Shown here one piece after another: positions 1-9,265 of a stretch of 64,000 nt of DNA. A model generated the notes under the pieces. That model saw only the letters and a list, made by a program, of their open reading frames with translations, made no database searches and was not told where the DNA came from. Positions within the stretch are counted from its first letter, which is position 1. Every line of letters begins with the position of its first letter. A program made the position numbers and the translations under genes. The stretch is taken from NCBI GenBank assembly GCA_021816865.1, contig JAKAWX010000003.1, forward strand, positions 34,681 through 98,680, in the 5' to 3' direction. Source of the stretch: Thermoplasmata archaeon (GTDB taxonomy: Archaea; Thermoplasmatota; Thermoplasmata; Lutacidiplasmatales; UBA184).

Positions 1-708
1 GGGATCCTGAGGACCCTTCACTTCGCCGAGCGTCTCGGCTGTCCGACCTACGTGGTCCACGTGTCGACGGCCGAAGGGGCCCGCCTTATCGGGGAGGCCG
101 AGCGACGTGGGGTTCCCGTGATCGGCGAGACGTGTCCCCAGTACCTCTGTTTCACCCAGGACGACCGGTTCGAGGTGATCGCGCGAGTGAATCCCCCGTT
201 GAGGAGCCGCTCCGACAACGACGCCCTGTGGCAGGCCCTGGCTCGCGGCGACATCCGGTGCATGGGGTCCGACCATATCCCGAACCGAACGAAGTCGATG
301 GCGACCGACAACGTCTGGACGACCAAGGTCGGAGGCTATCCGGGGTCGGGAGTGATCCTGCCGGTCCTGATGAGCGAAGGGGTCCACCGGGGCCGCATCG
401 ACCTGCCCACGGTCGCCCGGGTGGCGAGCGAGAACGCGGCGCGGTGGTTCGGGCTTTACCCGCAGAAGGGCGCGATCTTGCCCGGCGCCGACGCGGACCT
501 CGTCGTGTGGGACCCGAGCCTCGAAGTCACCTACTCGCCCGAGGTCGGGCACCTCTCCTCGGACTTCTCCTGGTTCACGGGCCGCTCCTTCCACGGCTGG
601 CCGTCCCACGTCTTCCGGCGGGGCGAGCTCGTGGTCGAGCACAACGAGCTGCGCGCGAAGTCCGGGAGCGGTCGCTACCTTCGTCGGCCGCTAGCGCCGG
701 CCCGTTGA
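1..708 (+). CDS. Cyclic amidohydrolase (D-hydantoinase/dihydropyrimidinase-like), C-terminal part; 5' end lies outside the window
   Basis: Frame 1 is open from nt 1 (GILRTLHFAERLGCPTYVVHVSTAEG...). Motifs IGETCPQYL, GSDH and LPGADADLVVWDP are typical of the family. Paralogous to 12643-14028. Confidence 0.8.
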   Translation, partial: GILRTLHFAERLGCPTYVVHVSTAEGARLIGEAERRGVPVIGETCPQYLCFTQDDRFEVIARVNPPLRSRSDNDALWQALARGDIRCMGSDHIPNRTKSMATDNVWTTKVGGYPGSGVILPVLMSEGVHRGRIDLPTVARVASENAARWFGLYPQKGAILPGADADLVVWDPSLEVTYSPEVGHLSSDFSWFTGRSFHGWPSHVFRRGELVVEHNELRAKSGSGRYLRRPLAPAR

Positions 709-2172
709 ACGGCGGCCGGCCGGGTCGGCGCGTCCGCGTCGGACCGGCCCGACCGCATCGGAGAGCTCCGCCACGAGCGCCGCCACCGGCTCTCCGAGAC
801 GAGCCGACCACCATCGGTCCCAGGTCCGGGTCGCGGGGTCGACGGAGGAACGACCGGCCACCGACCGGAGGAATTTCGCACGGACCTCCTCGACGGACAT
901 CGGGTGCTCGGGATCGCCCCAACGGTGGCGCACGGTCGAGCGCATCGACCGACCGTCACGGAATGTGATCGTGACCTCGGCCGTCGTCGTGCGCGGATAG
1001 CGGCGGGTCGCGGCCTCGTCCTCTCGGAGGCGGACCCGGCGGCCCAGCGCGAGGACGAGGGGATCGAAGCGTCGCCCCGGACCGAAGCGTTCGGGTCCGA
1101 GGGTTCCGTCCCGGATCCCCGCCGCGATCACGTAGCGCGTGCTCTGCGTCAATTCGGCGAGCGGGCTCCCGGTTCGCGGCATCGAACCGGTGAGCGCGAG
1201 CGCCGTGCGGTACGTCCGGACCTCGACCGACCGGATCGTCCGCGGGTCCGTGGGCCGGGCGCCGGTGATCCGCAGGGCCGCGTCGAGAGGGGCGTGCGCG
1301 TGGCGGCCCCCCGGGTACGGCTTCAGGTAGACCTCGTCGATCGCCCACGGAGCCCCGGGCCCTCGCTCCAGGCGCCGAGGATGCGCCCGGGGCGAGAGCT
1401 GCTCGAGGAAACCGTGGGGCGGCTCGAAGCTTCCGGGGCCGCCGCCGAGACCTTCCCGCGCCCAGACCGCCGCGCGCAGGCCCAGTTCGGCGGCCATCCC
1501 GGCGATGAGCGGCTTGGCCGGACTCCGCATCGTCTGGACCAGGGAGATCGGTGTGGCGAACGCGGCCGTCGACAACGCCCGCTCGGTGGTCGAGAGGTCA
1601 CTCCCCAGGAGCCTCGACCCGGCCATCGCCGCGCCCAGGGGACCGCAGGTCCCGTCCGGATAGTACCCCGCCTGCGTCTGCCCGGGAAAGAGCGCCTCTC
1701 CAAACCGAACGGCCACCTCGTAGCCCGCCACGATTCCCGAGAGGAGCTCCCCGACGGAGTTCCCGTGGGACTCCGCGAGGGCGAGCGCCACCGGGACGGC
1801 TCCTTCGCACGGGTGCATACCGGCGCGCCGATGGCCGTCCTGGGCCTCGAGGAGGTCGAGGTGCACGGCGTTGTGGAACGCGGCCCGTTGGGGAGCGGTC
1901 GAACCGGACCAGCCGAAGATCGTCACGTTCCCGTGCGGTACCGGTCCGCTGGCCCGATCCACGGCGAGCGCCTCCGGGAATCGCGAGGCCGCGACCATGT
2001 TGCCGAGCGCATCGAGAAGGCAGAGGCGACTCTTGCGGACGGTCGGGCCCGAAAGCCCAGCGAGCGATAGACCGACAAGCGGCCGAAGGAGCCGCTCGAT
2101 CCTCTCGGCCCATCGGGTCGGCGGGCGCGGGGAGCGATCGCTCACGGGGCGCACGACCCGTGCTCGGCCCAT
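691..2172 (-). CDS. MmgE/PrpD family protein (2-methylcitrate dehydratase-like)
   Basis: This is the 3' 1.48 kb of the 1036-aa ORF. N-terminus ...RWAERIERLL..LCLLDALGNMVAAS, and PrpD-like body to the C-terminus. The ATG at 2172 gives 493 aa. The upstream part of the ORF is antisense to the SBP gene. Confidence 0.8.
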   Translation of the reverse strand: MGRARVVRPVSDRSPRPPTRWAERIERLLRPLVGLSLAGLSGPTVRKSRLCLLDALGNMVAASRFPEALAVDRASGPVPHGNVTIFGWSGSTAPQRAAFHNAVHLDLLEAQDGHRRAGMHPCEGAVPVALALAESHGNSVGELLSGIVAGYEVAVRFGEALFPGQTQAGYYPDGTCGPLGAAMAGSRLLGSDLSTTERALSTAAFATPISLVQTMRSPAKPLIAGMAAELGLRAAVWAREGLGGGPGSFEPPHGFLEQLSPRAHPRRLERGPGAPWAIDEVYLKPYPGGRHAHAPLDAALRITGARPTDPRTIRSVEVRTYRTALALTGSMPRTGSPLAELTQSTRYVIAAGIRDGTLGPERFGPGRRFDPLVLALGRRVRLREDEAATRRYPRTTTAEVTITFRDGRSMRSTVRHRWGDPEHPMSVEEVRAKFLRSVAGRSSVDPATRTWDRWWSARLGEPVAALVAELSDAVGPVRRGRADPAGRRSTGRR

Positions 2173-2272
2173 AACAGGTTCGCCCCGGAAGGGGACCCGG
2201 CGCCCCGGTGCTTCGTTCGGGACGGCGGCGGCCGCCGAATCGGGACCGAACCGCCCGGTTCCCACTGAACGC

Positions 2273-2281
2273 TCATATATC
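2273..2281. promoter_or_regulatory. TATA-like box (tcatatatc) in the divergent prpD-like / SBP intergenic region
   Basis: An isolated AT-rich 9-mer in GC-rich spacer. The SBP ATG at 2380 is preceded by aaggagag (SD-like). Confidence 0.3.
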
Positions 2282-2379
2282 GGGAGACTTGTGCGAACCT
2301 CGGCTTCGAACGCATCGACCCACCGGCGGAGCGAAGGTCGCCGGGGCTCGGTGGAAATCGAATACCAAGGAGAGATTGG

Positions 2380-3708
2380 ATGGGAACCAGCGAAGGAACA
2401 GCGTCGACCGGACCGACCACGTCGAGCCCGACCCCACCGCCGAAGGGCGGGGGTCGAAGAACGGCCGCGATCGCCGTCGCGGTGGTCGTTGTCCTGGCAG
2501 CGATAGGCGGCGGAGTCTACTACTACTACTCGACCCACTCGAGCTCGTCGAGCGGCAGCGGAGACTTCACCGTGGGCGTCGTGGGTCCGCTGACCGGCGC
2601 GCTCGGCCCGGCGGGGACGCCGTGGGCCGACGGAGTCACGGTGTGGGCGAACGCGATGAACGCCCAGGGCGGCGTCCACTACAACGGGCAAACCCTGCAC
2701 GTGGTCGTGAAGACGTACGACGACCAGAGCAACCCGTCGCAGGCGATCCAGCTCGTCACGCAGGCGGTCAGCGGCGATCACGTCGACATGTTGATCACCG
2801 GATTCTTGACCCCCGACACGGACGCGATCGCGTCGACCGTCCAGAGCCTGCAGGTTCCGATCGTCGCGAACGCGGCGGACGACCCCGAGTTCCACACGGG
2901 GAACCCGTACCTGTTCTCGATCTATCCGACCACGGCGCAGCAGATGGGGACGTTCGCGCAGTTCTTCGCCGGACTCAGCCCCCAACCGTTGAACATCTCG
3001 ACCCTCTACGCGAACGAGGAGGCGATGATCGGCCTGCTCGGCACGACCATCCACCTGATGGGGCCGAGCTACAACATCGTCTACAACCAGACGTACGACC
3101 CGAACGCGCTGACGAGCTCGAGCGCGGACAGCTACCTGCTCGCGGCGAACGCGCCCCACCCGAACATGCTGATGGTCTCGGACGAGTACCCGGGGAACGT
3201 CATCACCTGGGTCCAGCAGATGAAGTCGCTCGGCGTCCGCCCCTCGATGATCTTCTCGGAGGACATGTGGGACGCGCCGTTCTTCATCAGCCAGCTCGGG
3301 GCCGACGCGAACGGCCTTGTCGGGCAGGACAACTGGGCGGCCAACATGACGAAGGCCGAGGCGAGCGGCGACTACGCGAACGCGACGTACTGGTACCAGC
3401 AGATGAACGCGACGTTCGGACAGACGATCGCGATCAACCAGCTGCCGTACCAGGCGATCATGGCCGCGGAGGTCCAGTTTGCGGCGATCCAGAAGGCCGG
3501 GGCCACCTCCGGTCCTGCGGTCGCGGCCGCGCTCGCGGGCCTCAACATGTCGACGGTCGACGGCCGGTTCGTGGCGAACTCGGCCGGGCTGGACATCGCC
3601 CGCGGACCGTTCGTCATTCAGGTACAGAACGGCCTGCCCGAGATCATCGCGCCCGCGCAATTTGCGACGGCAACGCCCATCTACCCGTTGTCGTCCACGT
3701 GGCCTTAG
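2380..3708 (+). CDS. ABC transporter substrate-binding protein, Leu/Ile/Val-binding (LivK-like) family, with N-terminal membrane anchor
   Basis: 442 aa. Has a TM segment AAIAVAVVVVLAAIGGGVYYYY and a Ser-rich linker, followed by GVVGPLTGALGPAG...YDDQSNPSQAIQ, typical of type I periplasmic binding proteins. Confidence 0.85.
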   Translation: MGTSEGTASTGPTTSSPTPPPKGGGRRTAAIAVAVVVVLAAIGGGVYYYYSTHSSSSSGSGDFTVGVVGPLTGALGPAGTPWADGVTVWANAMNAQGGVHYNGQTLHVVVKTYDDQSNPSQAIQLVTQAVSGDHVDMLITGFLTPDTDAIASTVQSLQVPIVANAADDPEFHTGNPYLFSIYPTTAQQMGTFAQFFAGLSPQPLNISTLYANEEAMIGLLGTTIHLMGPSYNIVYNQTYDPNALTSSSADSYLLAANAPHPNMLMVSDEYPGNVITWVQQMKSLGVRPSMIFSEDMWDAPFFISQLGADANGLVGQDNWAANMTKAEASGDYANATYWYQQMNATFGQTIAINQLPYQAIMAAEVQFAAIQKAGATSGPAVAAALAGLNMSTVDGRFVANSAGLDIARGPFVIQVQNGLPEIIAPAQFATATPIYPLSSTWP

Positions 3709-3769
3709 GCGGGGGAGGCAGCTCCACGGCGATACCCCACGGAACCACGGAAGCGGAGGGCTAGGTTTC

Positions 3770-4660
3770 GTGGGGTTCAACCCTTTCCTGGTCGCCCTCA
3801 TCGGGGGTCTGGGCGTCGGCAGCCTCTACGTAGTCTTCGCGCTCGGCATGAACCTCCTGATCGGGGTCATGCGAGTGATCAACTTCACGCACGGGTACCT
3901 CATGCTGCTCGGTTCGTACCTGACGTACTTCCTCTGGGAGTGGTACGGCCTGAACCCGCTCCTCTCGCTGCTGGTAGTGATGCCGGCGCTTTTCGCGGTC
4001 GGGGTCCTCTTCCACTTCCTCATGGTCCAGCCGGTGCTGAAGCGGCCGTACTTCGAGGACACGACCCTGCTCCTCACGTTCGCGGGCCTGCTCATCCTGG
4101 ACAACATCTTCGTCAAGCTCTGGACCGACAACCAGCGTCAGGTCCCGACGATCTACTTCAACACGCCCGTGATCTTTTCGACGCCGTGGGGGGACGCGGT
4201 CCTTTCCCAGGTCGTCCTGATCGGCGCGGGTCTCGCGGCGGCGGCGACGCTCACCCTCGGTCTCTTCCTCCGATTCACCTGGACGGGCCGCGCGATGCGG
4301 GCCGCAAGCCAGGACCTCCTCGCGGCCCGGCTCCTCGGGATCCCGGCGACACGGCTCTACGCGATCAGCTTCGGCATCTCGGGCGTTCTCGCGGGGATCG
4401 CCGGGGTCGTCGTCGCGATGGAGTTCCTCTTCTACCCGGAGTTCGGGTTCAGCTACCTTCTCAAGGCGTTCGGCGTGATCATGATGGGGGGCCTGGGGAG
4501 CCTCGTCGGGACGATCGCGGGGGGCCTCACGCTCGGTGTGGCCGAGTCGCTGACGGCTTGGGTGTACAACGGGGCCTACGGAACGTGGGCGAACGGGGCG
4601 GCGTACGTGGCGATCCTGGTCGCGCTCGCGGTCCGCGCCCTCTTGGGGAAGTCCCGGTGA
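3770..4660 (+). CDS. livH: Branched-chain amino acid ABC transporter permease (LivH-like)
   Basis: GTG at 3770 (VGFNPFLVALIGGLGVGSLYVVFALGMNLLIGV...). Multi-TM protein, 296 aa. The stop overlaps the next start (GTGA). Confidence 0.85.
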   Translation: MGFNPFLVALIGGLGVGSLYVVFALGMNLLIGVMRVINFTHGYLMLLGSYLTYFLWEWYGLNPLLSLLVVMPALFAVGVLFHFLMVQPVLKRPYFEDTTLLLTFAGLLILDNIFVKLWTDNQRQVPTIYFNTPVIFSTPWGDAVLSQVVLIGAGLAAAATLTLGLFLRFTWTGRAMRAASQDLLAARLLGIPATRLYAISFGISGVLAGIAGVVVAMEFLFYPEFGFSYLLKAFGVIMMGGLGSLVGTIAGGLTLGVAESLTAWVYNGAYGTWANGAAYVAILVALAVRALLGKSR

Positions 4661-5652
4661 GCGCGCCGGTCCTTCCCGCCGCCGCTCCGGCGCCGACGGG
4701 GTTTCGCGGCCTCGGCACCCGCCTCGCGCGCTGGAACCACCGTCGGACGCTCCTCATCGTGGTCTTCGCGCTCCTCGCACTCCTCCCGGTCCTCTACCCG
4801 AGCCCGTACACCCTGGCGACCGTCCTCTTCTACGTCCCGTGGTACCTCGCGATGGCCCAGAGCTGGAACATCTCGGGCGGTTTCAGCGGCCAGCTGAGCT
4901 TCGGGCACTGGGGCCTCCTCGGCGTCGGCGCCTACACGAGCGCGATCTTTGCGGTGACCTACGGCTGGAACGTGGTGAGCGCGATGGCCATGGCGGCCGT
5001 CGTGACGTTCCTGCTCGGGCTGCTCATCGGCTACGTCGGCTCCGCGCTCCGAGGACCGTACTTCGCGATCGCCACGCTCGCGGCGGCCGCGCTCATCCAG
5101 CTCGTCGTCCTCAATTGGAAGTCGGTCACCCTCGGTTCGCTCGGCTTTCCGATCTTCTACATCCTCCTCTCCCCGTCCGACCTCTACTACGGCGCGCTCG
5201 CGCTCGGCGCCGTCGCGACGGCGATGGTCTATCTGATCAGCCGCAGCCGCATCGGGCTCGCCTTCGAGGCGGTCCGGGAGAACGAGGACCTCGCGACCGC
5301 GTCGGGCATCTATGCGCGGGGGTACAAGGCGCTCGCGTTCGGCCTGAGCGGCGCCATCATGGGACCGGTCGGTGGGCTCTACGCCTTCGCGTCGCACTAC
5401 ATCGACCCGACGTCCGCCTTCAACCTGCTCTACAACCTCCAGATCATCCTCATGGTCGTGGTCGGGGGGCGGGGCAAGGTGCTCGGCCCCATCGTCGCCG
5501 CGGTCGTCTTCGCCTGGGTCTTCGAGGTCGCGCTGACGAGCTTCAACGTCTACAATTACCTCATCACGGGGGTCGTGATCTTCGCGGCCGTCCTCCTCGT
5601 ACCCCGCGGGATCTTCGGGTTCCGGGGGATCCCCAAGGTCCTCCAGTTCTGA
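4657..5652 (+). CDS. livM: Branched-chain amino acid ABC transporter permease (LivM-like)
   Basis: GTG at 4657 overlaps the livH stop. Motifs AQSWNISGGFSGQLSFGHWGLLGVGAYT and a multi-TM body. Confidence 0.85.
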   Translation: MSAPVLPAAAPAPTGFRGLGTRLARWNHRRTLLIVVFALLALLPVLYPSPYTLATVLFYVPWYLAMAQSWNISGGFSGQLSFGHWGLLGVGAYTSAIFAVTYGWNVVSAMAMAAVVTFLLGLLIGYVGSALRGPYFAIATLAAAALIQLVVLNWKSVTLGSLGFPIFYILLSPSDLYYGALALGAVATAMVYLISRSRIGLAFEAVRENEDLATASGIYARGYKALAFGLSGAIMGPVGGLYAFASHYIDPTSAFNLLYNLQIILMVVVGGRGKVLGPIVAAVVFAWVFEVALTSFNVYNYLITGVVIFAAVLLVPRGIFGFRGIPKVLQF

Positions 5653-5693
5653 GCACCGGCGAGACGCCGGCGCCCGGTCCCCCGGGACCGGAC

Positions 5694-6458
5694 CTACATT
5701 CCGAGCACAGCCCGCCGGATCTCCGGGTGGTCGAGGAGCTCGCGCGCGTTCCCCTGGTCGACGATCCGGCCCTGGGAGAGCACGTAGGCCCGGTCGGCGA
5801 GCTGGAGGATCTGGCGGACGTTCTGCTCCACGGCGAAGACCGTCACGCCCCGGCTTGTGAGCGAGCGGAGCGTCTGGAACACGCGGGCCACGACCTGGGG
5901 GGCGAGGCCGAGCGACGGCTCGTCGACCATGAGAATGCGCGGGCGGCTCATCAGCGCCCGGCCGATCGCGAGCATCTGCGCCTCCCCGCCCGAGAGGGTC
6001 TTCGCCGACTGCCGCGCGCGCTCCTTGAGGATCGGGAACATCGCACAGACCTCCTCGTACGTCTCGCGGAAGCGCGCCCGGGCGGCCGGTAGGTAGGCGC
6101 CGAGGGAGAGATTGTCGTGGACGCTCATGTTGGGGAAGACGTGGCGGCCCTCGGGGACGAGCGAGATCCCGGCACCTACGATCGCTTCGGGGGAGCGACC
6201 GGTCAGCTTTCGTTCGCCGAGGTGCGTCGTGCCGCCGAGGGTCGGGATGAGTCCCGTCACCGCGCGGAGGAGCGTCGTCTTCCCCGCACCGTTCGGGCCC
6301 ACGAGGGTCGTGAACTGCCCCTCGGGGATCTCGAGGCTCACGTCGTGGAGGACGTCCATCCGGTCGTAGCCCGCTCGAAGCGAGTCGATCCGGAGGGCCG
6401 GGAAACCGGTCGCCGTGCCGGGGCTCGAGGTCGGGACGGCGGACGGGGTCGACGCCAT
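5694..6458 (-). CDS. livF: ABC transporter ATP-binding protein (LivF-like)
   Basis: Walker A GPNGAGKTT, signature LSGGEAQML, Walker B ILMVDEPSLGLAP. Confidence 0.85.
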   Translation of the reverse strand: MASTPSAVPTSSPGTATGFPALRIDSLRAGYDRMDVLHDVSLEIPEGQFTTLVGPNGAGKTTLLRAVTGLIPTLGGTTHLGERKLTGRSPEAIVGAGISLVPEGRHVFPNMSVHDNLSLGAYLPAARARFRETYEEVCAMFPILKERARQSAKTLSGGEAQMLAIGRALMSRPRILMVDEPSLGLAPQVVARVFQTLRSLTSRGVTVFAVEQNVRQILQLADRAYVLSQGRIVDQGNARELLDHPEIRRAVLGM

Positions 6459-6489
6459 GGTGGGCTCACGCGGGAAACACGGGGGGAGA

Positions 6490-7116
6490 TTAAGGGTTCG
6501 CGGAGGAGGGTCGGACGGCGAGAAGCTCGGCGGAGCTCACGACCGCCCCGACGGTTTCCTCGAGGTTCCGCAACGCCGCCCGGTGAAGCTCTTCGTCGAC
6601 CCCCGCCACCGCGTCCCGAACGACGACGACGTCGAGGTCCCGCGCGAACGCGTCCCGCGCCGTCGCGTCGACACAGACGTGGGAGAGGACGCCGGTCAGC
6701 ACCAGCGAGCGCACGCCGGCCCGTTCGAGGCGCTCGCCGAGGTCGGTCCCGAAAAAACCGGAGTACCGATTCTTGTAGACGACCGGTTCGTCCTCGGCCG
6801 GTGCGAGCTCGGGGACGATCTCCGTATCGGGCGAACCGGGCGTGAAGAAAGGGTCCGAGCGATTCGAATAGGCCCGGGGCAGGATCCGGTGCCGGCGCGC
6901 CGGATAGTCCGCCCCATCGGCCCGGTAGCGATACGCGGTGTAGAGCCGGGGAAGCCCGCTGGCCCGGAACGCGCCGCGCAACCGGACGATCGTTTCGGAA
7001 AGCGTTTCGGCGTCGCGCACCGGACGGCCGAGGTGTGCGTAGGCGCCGTGGGGACCGACGAACCCGACCTGCATGTCGACGATCAATAGCGCCGGACGTT
7101 CGAACGACGAGAGCAT
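6490..7116 (-). CDS. Isochorismatase-family cysteine hydrolase
   Basis: PALLIVDMQVGF... and VLTGVLSHVCVDATARDA, typical of the isochorismatase/cysteine hydrolase fold. 208 aa, ATG start. Confidence 0.8.
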   Translation of the reverse strand: MLSSFERPALLIVDMQVGFVGPHGAYAHLGRPVRDAETLSETIVRLRGAFRASGLPRLYTAYRYRADGADYPARRHRILPRAYSNRSDPFFTPGSPDTEIVPELAPAEDEPVVYKNRYSGFFGTDLGERLERAGVRSLVLTGVLSHVCVDATARDAFARDLDVVVVRDAVAGVDEELHRAALRNLEETVGAVVSSAELLAVRPSSANP

Positions 7117-7138
7117 TCGGTGAGCATCGAGAGGAGGG

Positions 7139-7146
7139 ATTTAAGG
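7139..7146. promoter_or_regulatory. Candidate shared TATA element (atttaagg) for two divergent, probably leaderless genes
   Basis: The only AT-rich patch in the 57-nt spacer. It lies about 25 nt from the ATG at 7116 (minus strand) and about 30 nt from the ATG at 7174 (plus strand). Confidence 0.3.
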
Positions 7147-7173
7147 AGGGGAGGACTGCCCGGGACGGTTCTC

Positions 7174-8379
7174 ATGGGTTCGTTGAGACGGCCGCTCGAA
7201 GGGCTGAACGTCGTGGAGCTTTCCCAAGGGATCGCCGGCCCGTACTGCGCGATGGTGCTCGCCGACCTCGGCGCGGACGTGGTGAAGGTCGAGATCCCGG
7301 GCGCGGGCGACCTCGCCCGAGGGTGGGGTCCGCCGTTCGCCTCCCCGCACAACTCGGCGTACTTCCTCTCGGTCAACCGCAACAAGCGCTCGATCGAGCT
7401 CGACCTCAAGACGCCGTTCGGCAAGGAGGTGCTGCGACGCCTCCTCGAAGACGCGGACGTGCTGGTCGAGAACTTCCGCCCCGGCACGATGGCCGACCTC
7501 GGCTTCGACCTCGCGACCCTGCGGTCGATCCGAGCGGACCTCTTGGTCGCATCGATCACCGGCTACGGGCCGGAGGGACCGAGCCGCAACGACCCTTCCT
7601 TCGACCTCATCGCGCAGGCGCGATCGGGGCTGATGAGCGTCACCGGCACGGTCACCGGGGAACCTATCCGGGTCGGGATCGCCCTCTTCGACCTAGCGGC
7701 GGGGCTCTACGCCGCCATCGGAATCCTCACCCAACTGCGCGAACGGGACGCGGGGCGTCCGTCCGTCCCGGTGGAGGTCAACCTGCTCGACACCTCGGTC
7801 TCGATGTTGACCCACTGGTTGCCGATCCTGAGCCTCGAAGGGAAAGTTCCCCCGCCGAGCGGCACCGCGCACCCGCTGATCGTCCCCTACCAGGTCTTCC
7901 CGACCCGGGAGGGGTTCGTCGCGCTCGGAGTGTCGACCGACATCCTCTGGCACCGGTTCTGCGGCGCGCTCGGGCTCGAGGCGATCGAGAACGACCCGAA
8001 GTTCTCGACGAACGCGGCCCGCGTCGCCCACCGAGGGGAAGTCCTCGCGCACGTGCTCCCCGCGCTCGCCCGGTGGACCGCGTCCGAGGCCGCCCGCGAG
8101 CTCAACCGGTCGGGCGTCCCGTGCGCGGTCGTCGCGCGCATCGAAGACCTCCCGCGCGACCCCCAGGTCGAGTTCAACCGCTCGGTCGTGACCATGCCCG
8201 CCCCGCACGCGGGCCCGGTGATGGTCGGGGGCTCGCCGCTCCGCTCATTGCTTCCCGAAGGAGACCCGCTCGTCCACCGTCCGGCACCGGACCTCGGCGA
8301 ACACACGGAGGAGGTCCTCCGCGAGCTTAAAGTCGCGCGACCCCCCCCTCTCACGTCGGGACCGGCGGGCCGCTCATGA
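7174..8379 (+). CDS. Family III CoA-transferase (CaiB/BaiF-like)
   Basis: LEGLNVVELSQGIAGPYCAMVLADLGADVVKVE. The ATG at 7174 is preferred over the GTG at 7120, which lies 4 nt from the divergent start. Confidence 0.8.
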   Translation: MGSLRRPLEGLNVVELSQGIAGPYCAMVLADLGADVVKVEIPGAGDLARGWGPPFASPHNSAYFLSVNRNKRSIELDLKTPFGKEVLRRLLEDADVLVENFRPGTMADLGFDLATLRSIRADLLVASITGYGPEGPSRNDPSFDLIAQARSGLMSVTGTVTGEPIRVGIALFDLAAGLYAAIGILTQLRERDAGRPSVPVEVNLLDTSVSMLTHWLPILSLEGKVPPPSGTAHPLIVPYQVFPTREGFVALGVSTDILWHRFCGALGLEAIENDPKFSTNAARVAHRGEVLAHVLPALARWTASEAARELNRSGVPCAVVARIEDLPRDPQVEFNRSVVTMPAPHAGPVMVGGSPLRSLLPEGDPLVHRPAPDLGEHTEEVLRELKVARPPPLTSGPAGRS

Positions 8380-9194
8380 GGGCCATCGATGTCGTGGCCA
8401 ACCTGCGCAACGAGCACTACGTCACCGCCATCCGGCCCTACATGGAGGAGGCGTGGAGGACCCTGCGCCAGGACATGGACCGCCTCGTCATCGCGCCCGA
8501 GACGATGGTCGAGGAGATGGACCGGGCTGGGATCGAGCGGGCGTTCCTGGTCGCGGCGAAGGGGGAGGGCTGGGAGGTCCCCTACGAGGACGTCGCCCGG
8601 GTCGTCCGCGAGTACCCCGACAAGTTCTCCGCGCTGGCCGGGTTCAATCCGTTCCACGGGATGAAAGGCGTCGCCCGGCTCGCCGAGGCGGTCGAAAAGC
8701 ACGGGTTCATCGGGGCGCACGTCTACCCGCACTGGTTCCGCCGGCCGCCGAACGATGCGATCTACTACCCGTTCTACGCGAAGTGCGTGGAACTCGATAT
8801 CCCGGTCCAGATGCAGGTCGGCCACGCGACGCCGAACACCTACCTCCCGTCGGTGGCGCGGCCGATCCTGCTCGAGGACATCGCGATCTATTTCCGCGAC
8901 CTCAAGATCATCGGGATCCACCTCGGCTACCCCTGGACCGAGGAGATGATCTCGGTCGCCTACCGGTTCCCGAACGTCTTCATCGCCCCCGACGCGCATG
9001 CTCCCAAGTACTGGGAGCCACGGTTCGTCGAGTACCTGCGCACCCGCGGGTCGAGGAAGGTCCTCTTCGGTACCGATTACCCGATCGTCGGGTTCGAGCG
9101 CGCCCTCAAGGAGCTCGCGGACCACCGACTGCCCGACCACGTCCTCGAGCGGTTCCTGCGCGAGAACGCCCGGGAGGTCTACCGGCTTCCGTGA
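8376..9194 (+). CDS. Amidohydrolase-2 family protein (ACMSD/decarboxylase-hydrolase type, PF04909-like)
   Basis: ATGA overlap with the upstream gene. C-terminal VLFGTDYPIV...FLRENAREVY is typical of the family. Confidence 0.7.
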   Translation: MRAIDVVANLRNEHYVTAIRPYMEEAWRTLRQDMDRLVIAPETMVEEMDRAGIERAFLVAAKGEGWEVPYEDVARVVREYPDKFSALAGFNPFHGMKGVARLAEAVEKHGFIGAHVYPHWFRRPPNDAIYYPFYAKCVELDIPVQMQVGHATPNTYLPSVARPILLEDIAIYFRDLKIIGIHLGYPWTEEMISVAYRFPNVFIAPDAHAPKYWEPRFVEYLRTRGSRKVLFGTDYPIVGFERALKELADHRLPDHVLERFLRENAREVYRLP

Positions 9195-9265
9195 CGGTGC
9201 GAGGATAGGACCCGAGCGCTGATGAGCGATATCGCCGTACGCCGCAAGAGGACCGAACGAGTGCG

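Noticed and set aside
691-3801. 1036-aa minus-strand ORF
   Set aside because: Only the 3' 1.48 kb (691-2172) is PrpD-like. The rest is Arg/Gly/Asp-rich low-complexity sequence running antisense to the clearly real SBP gene (2380-3708). This is a typical high-GC read-through artefact.
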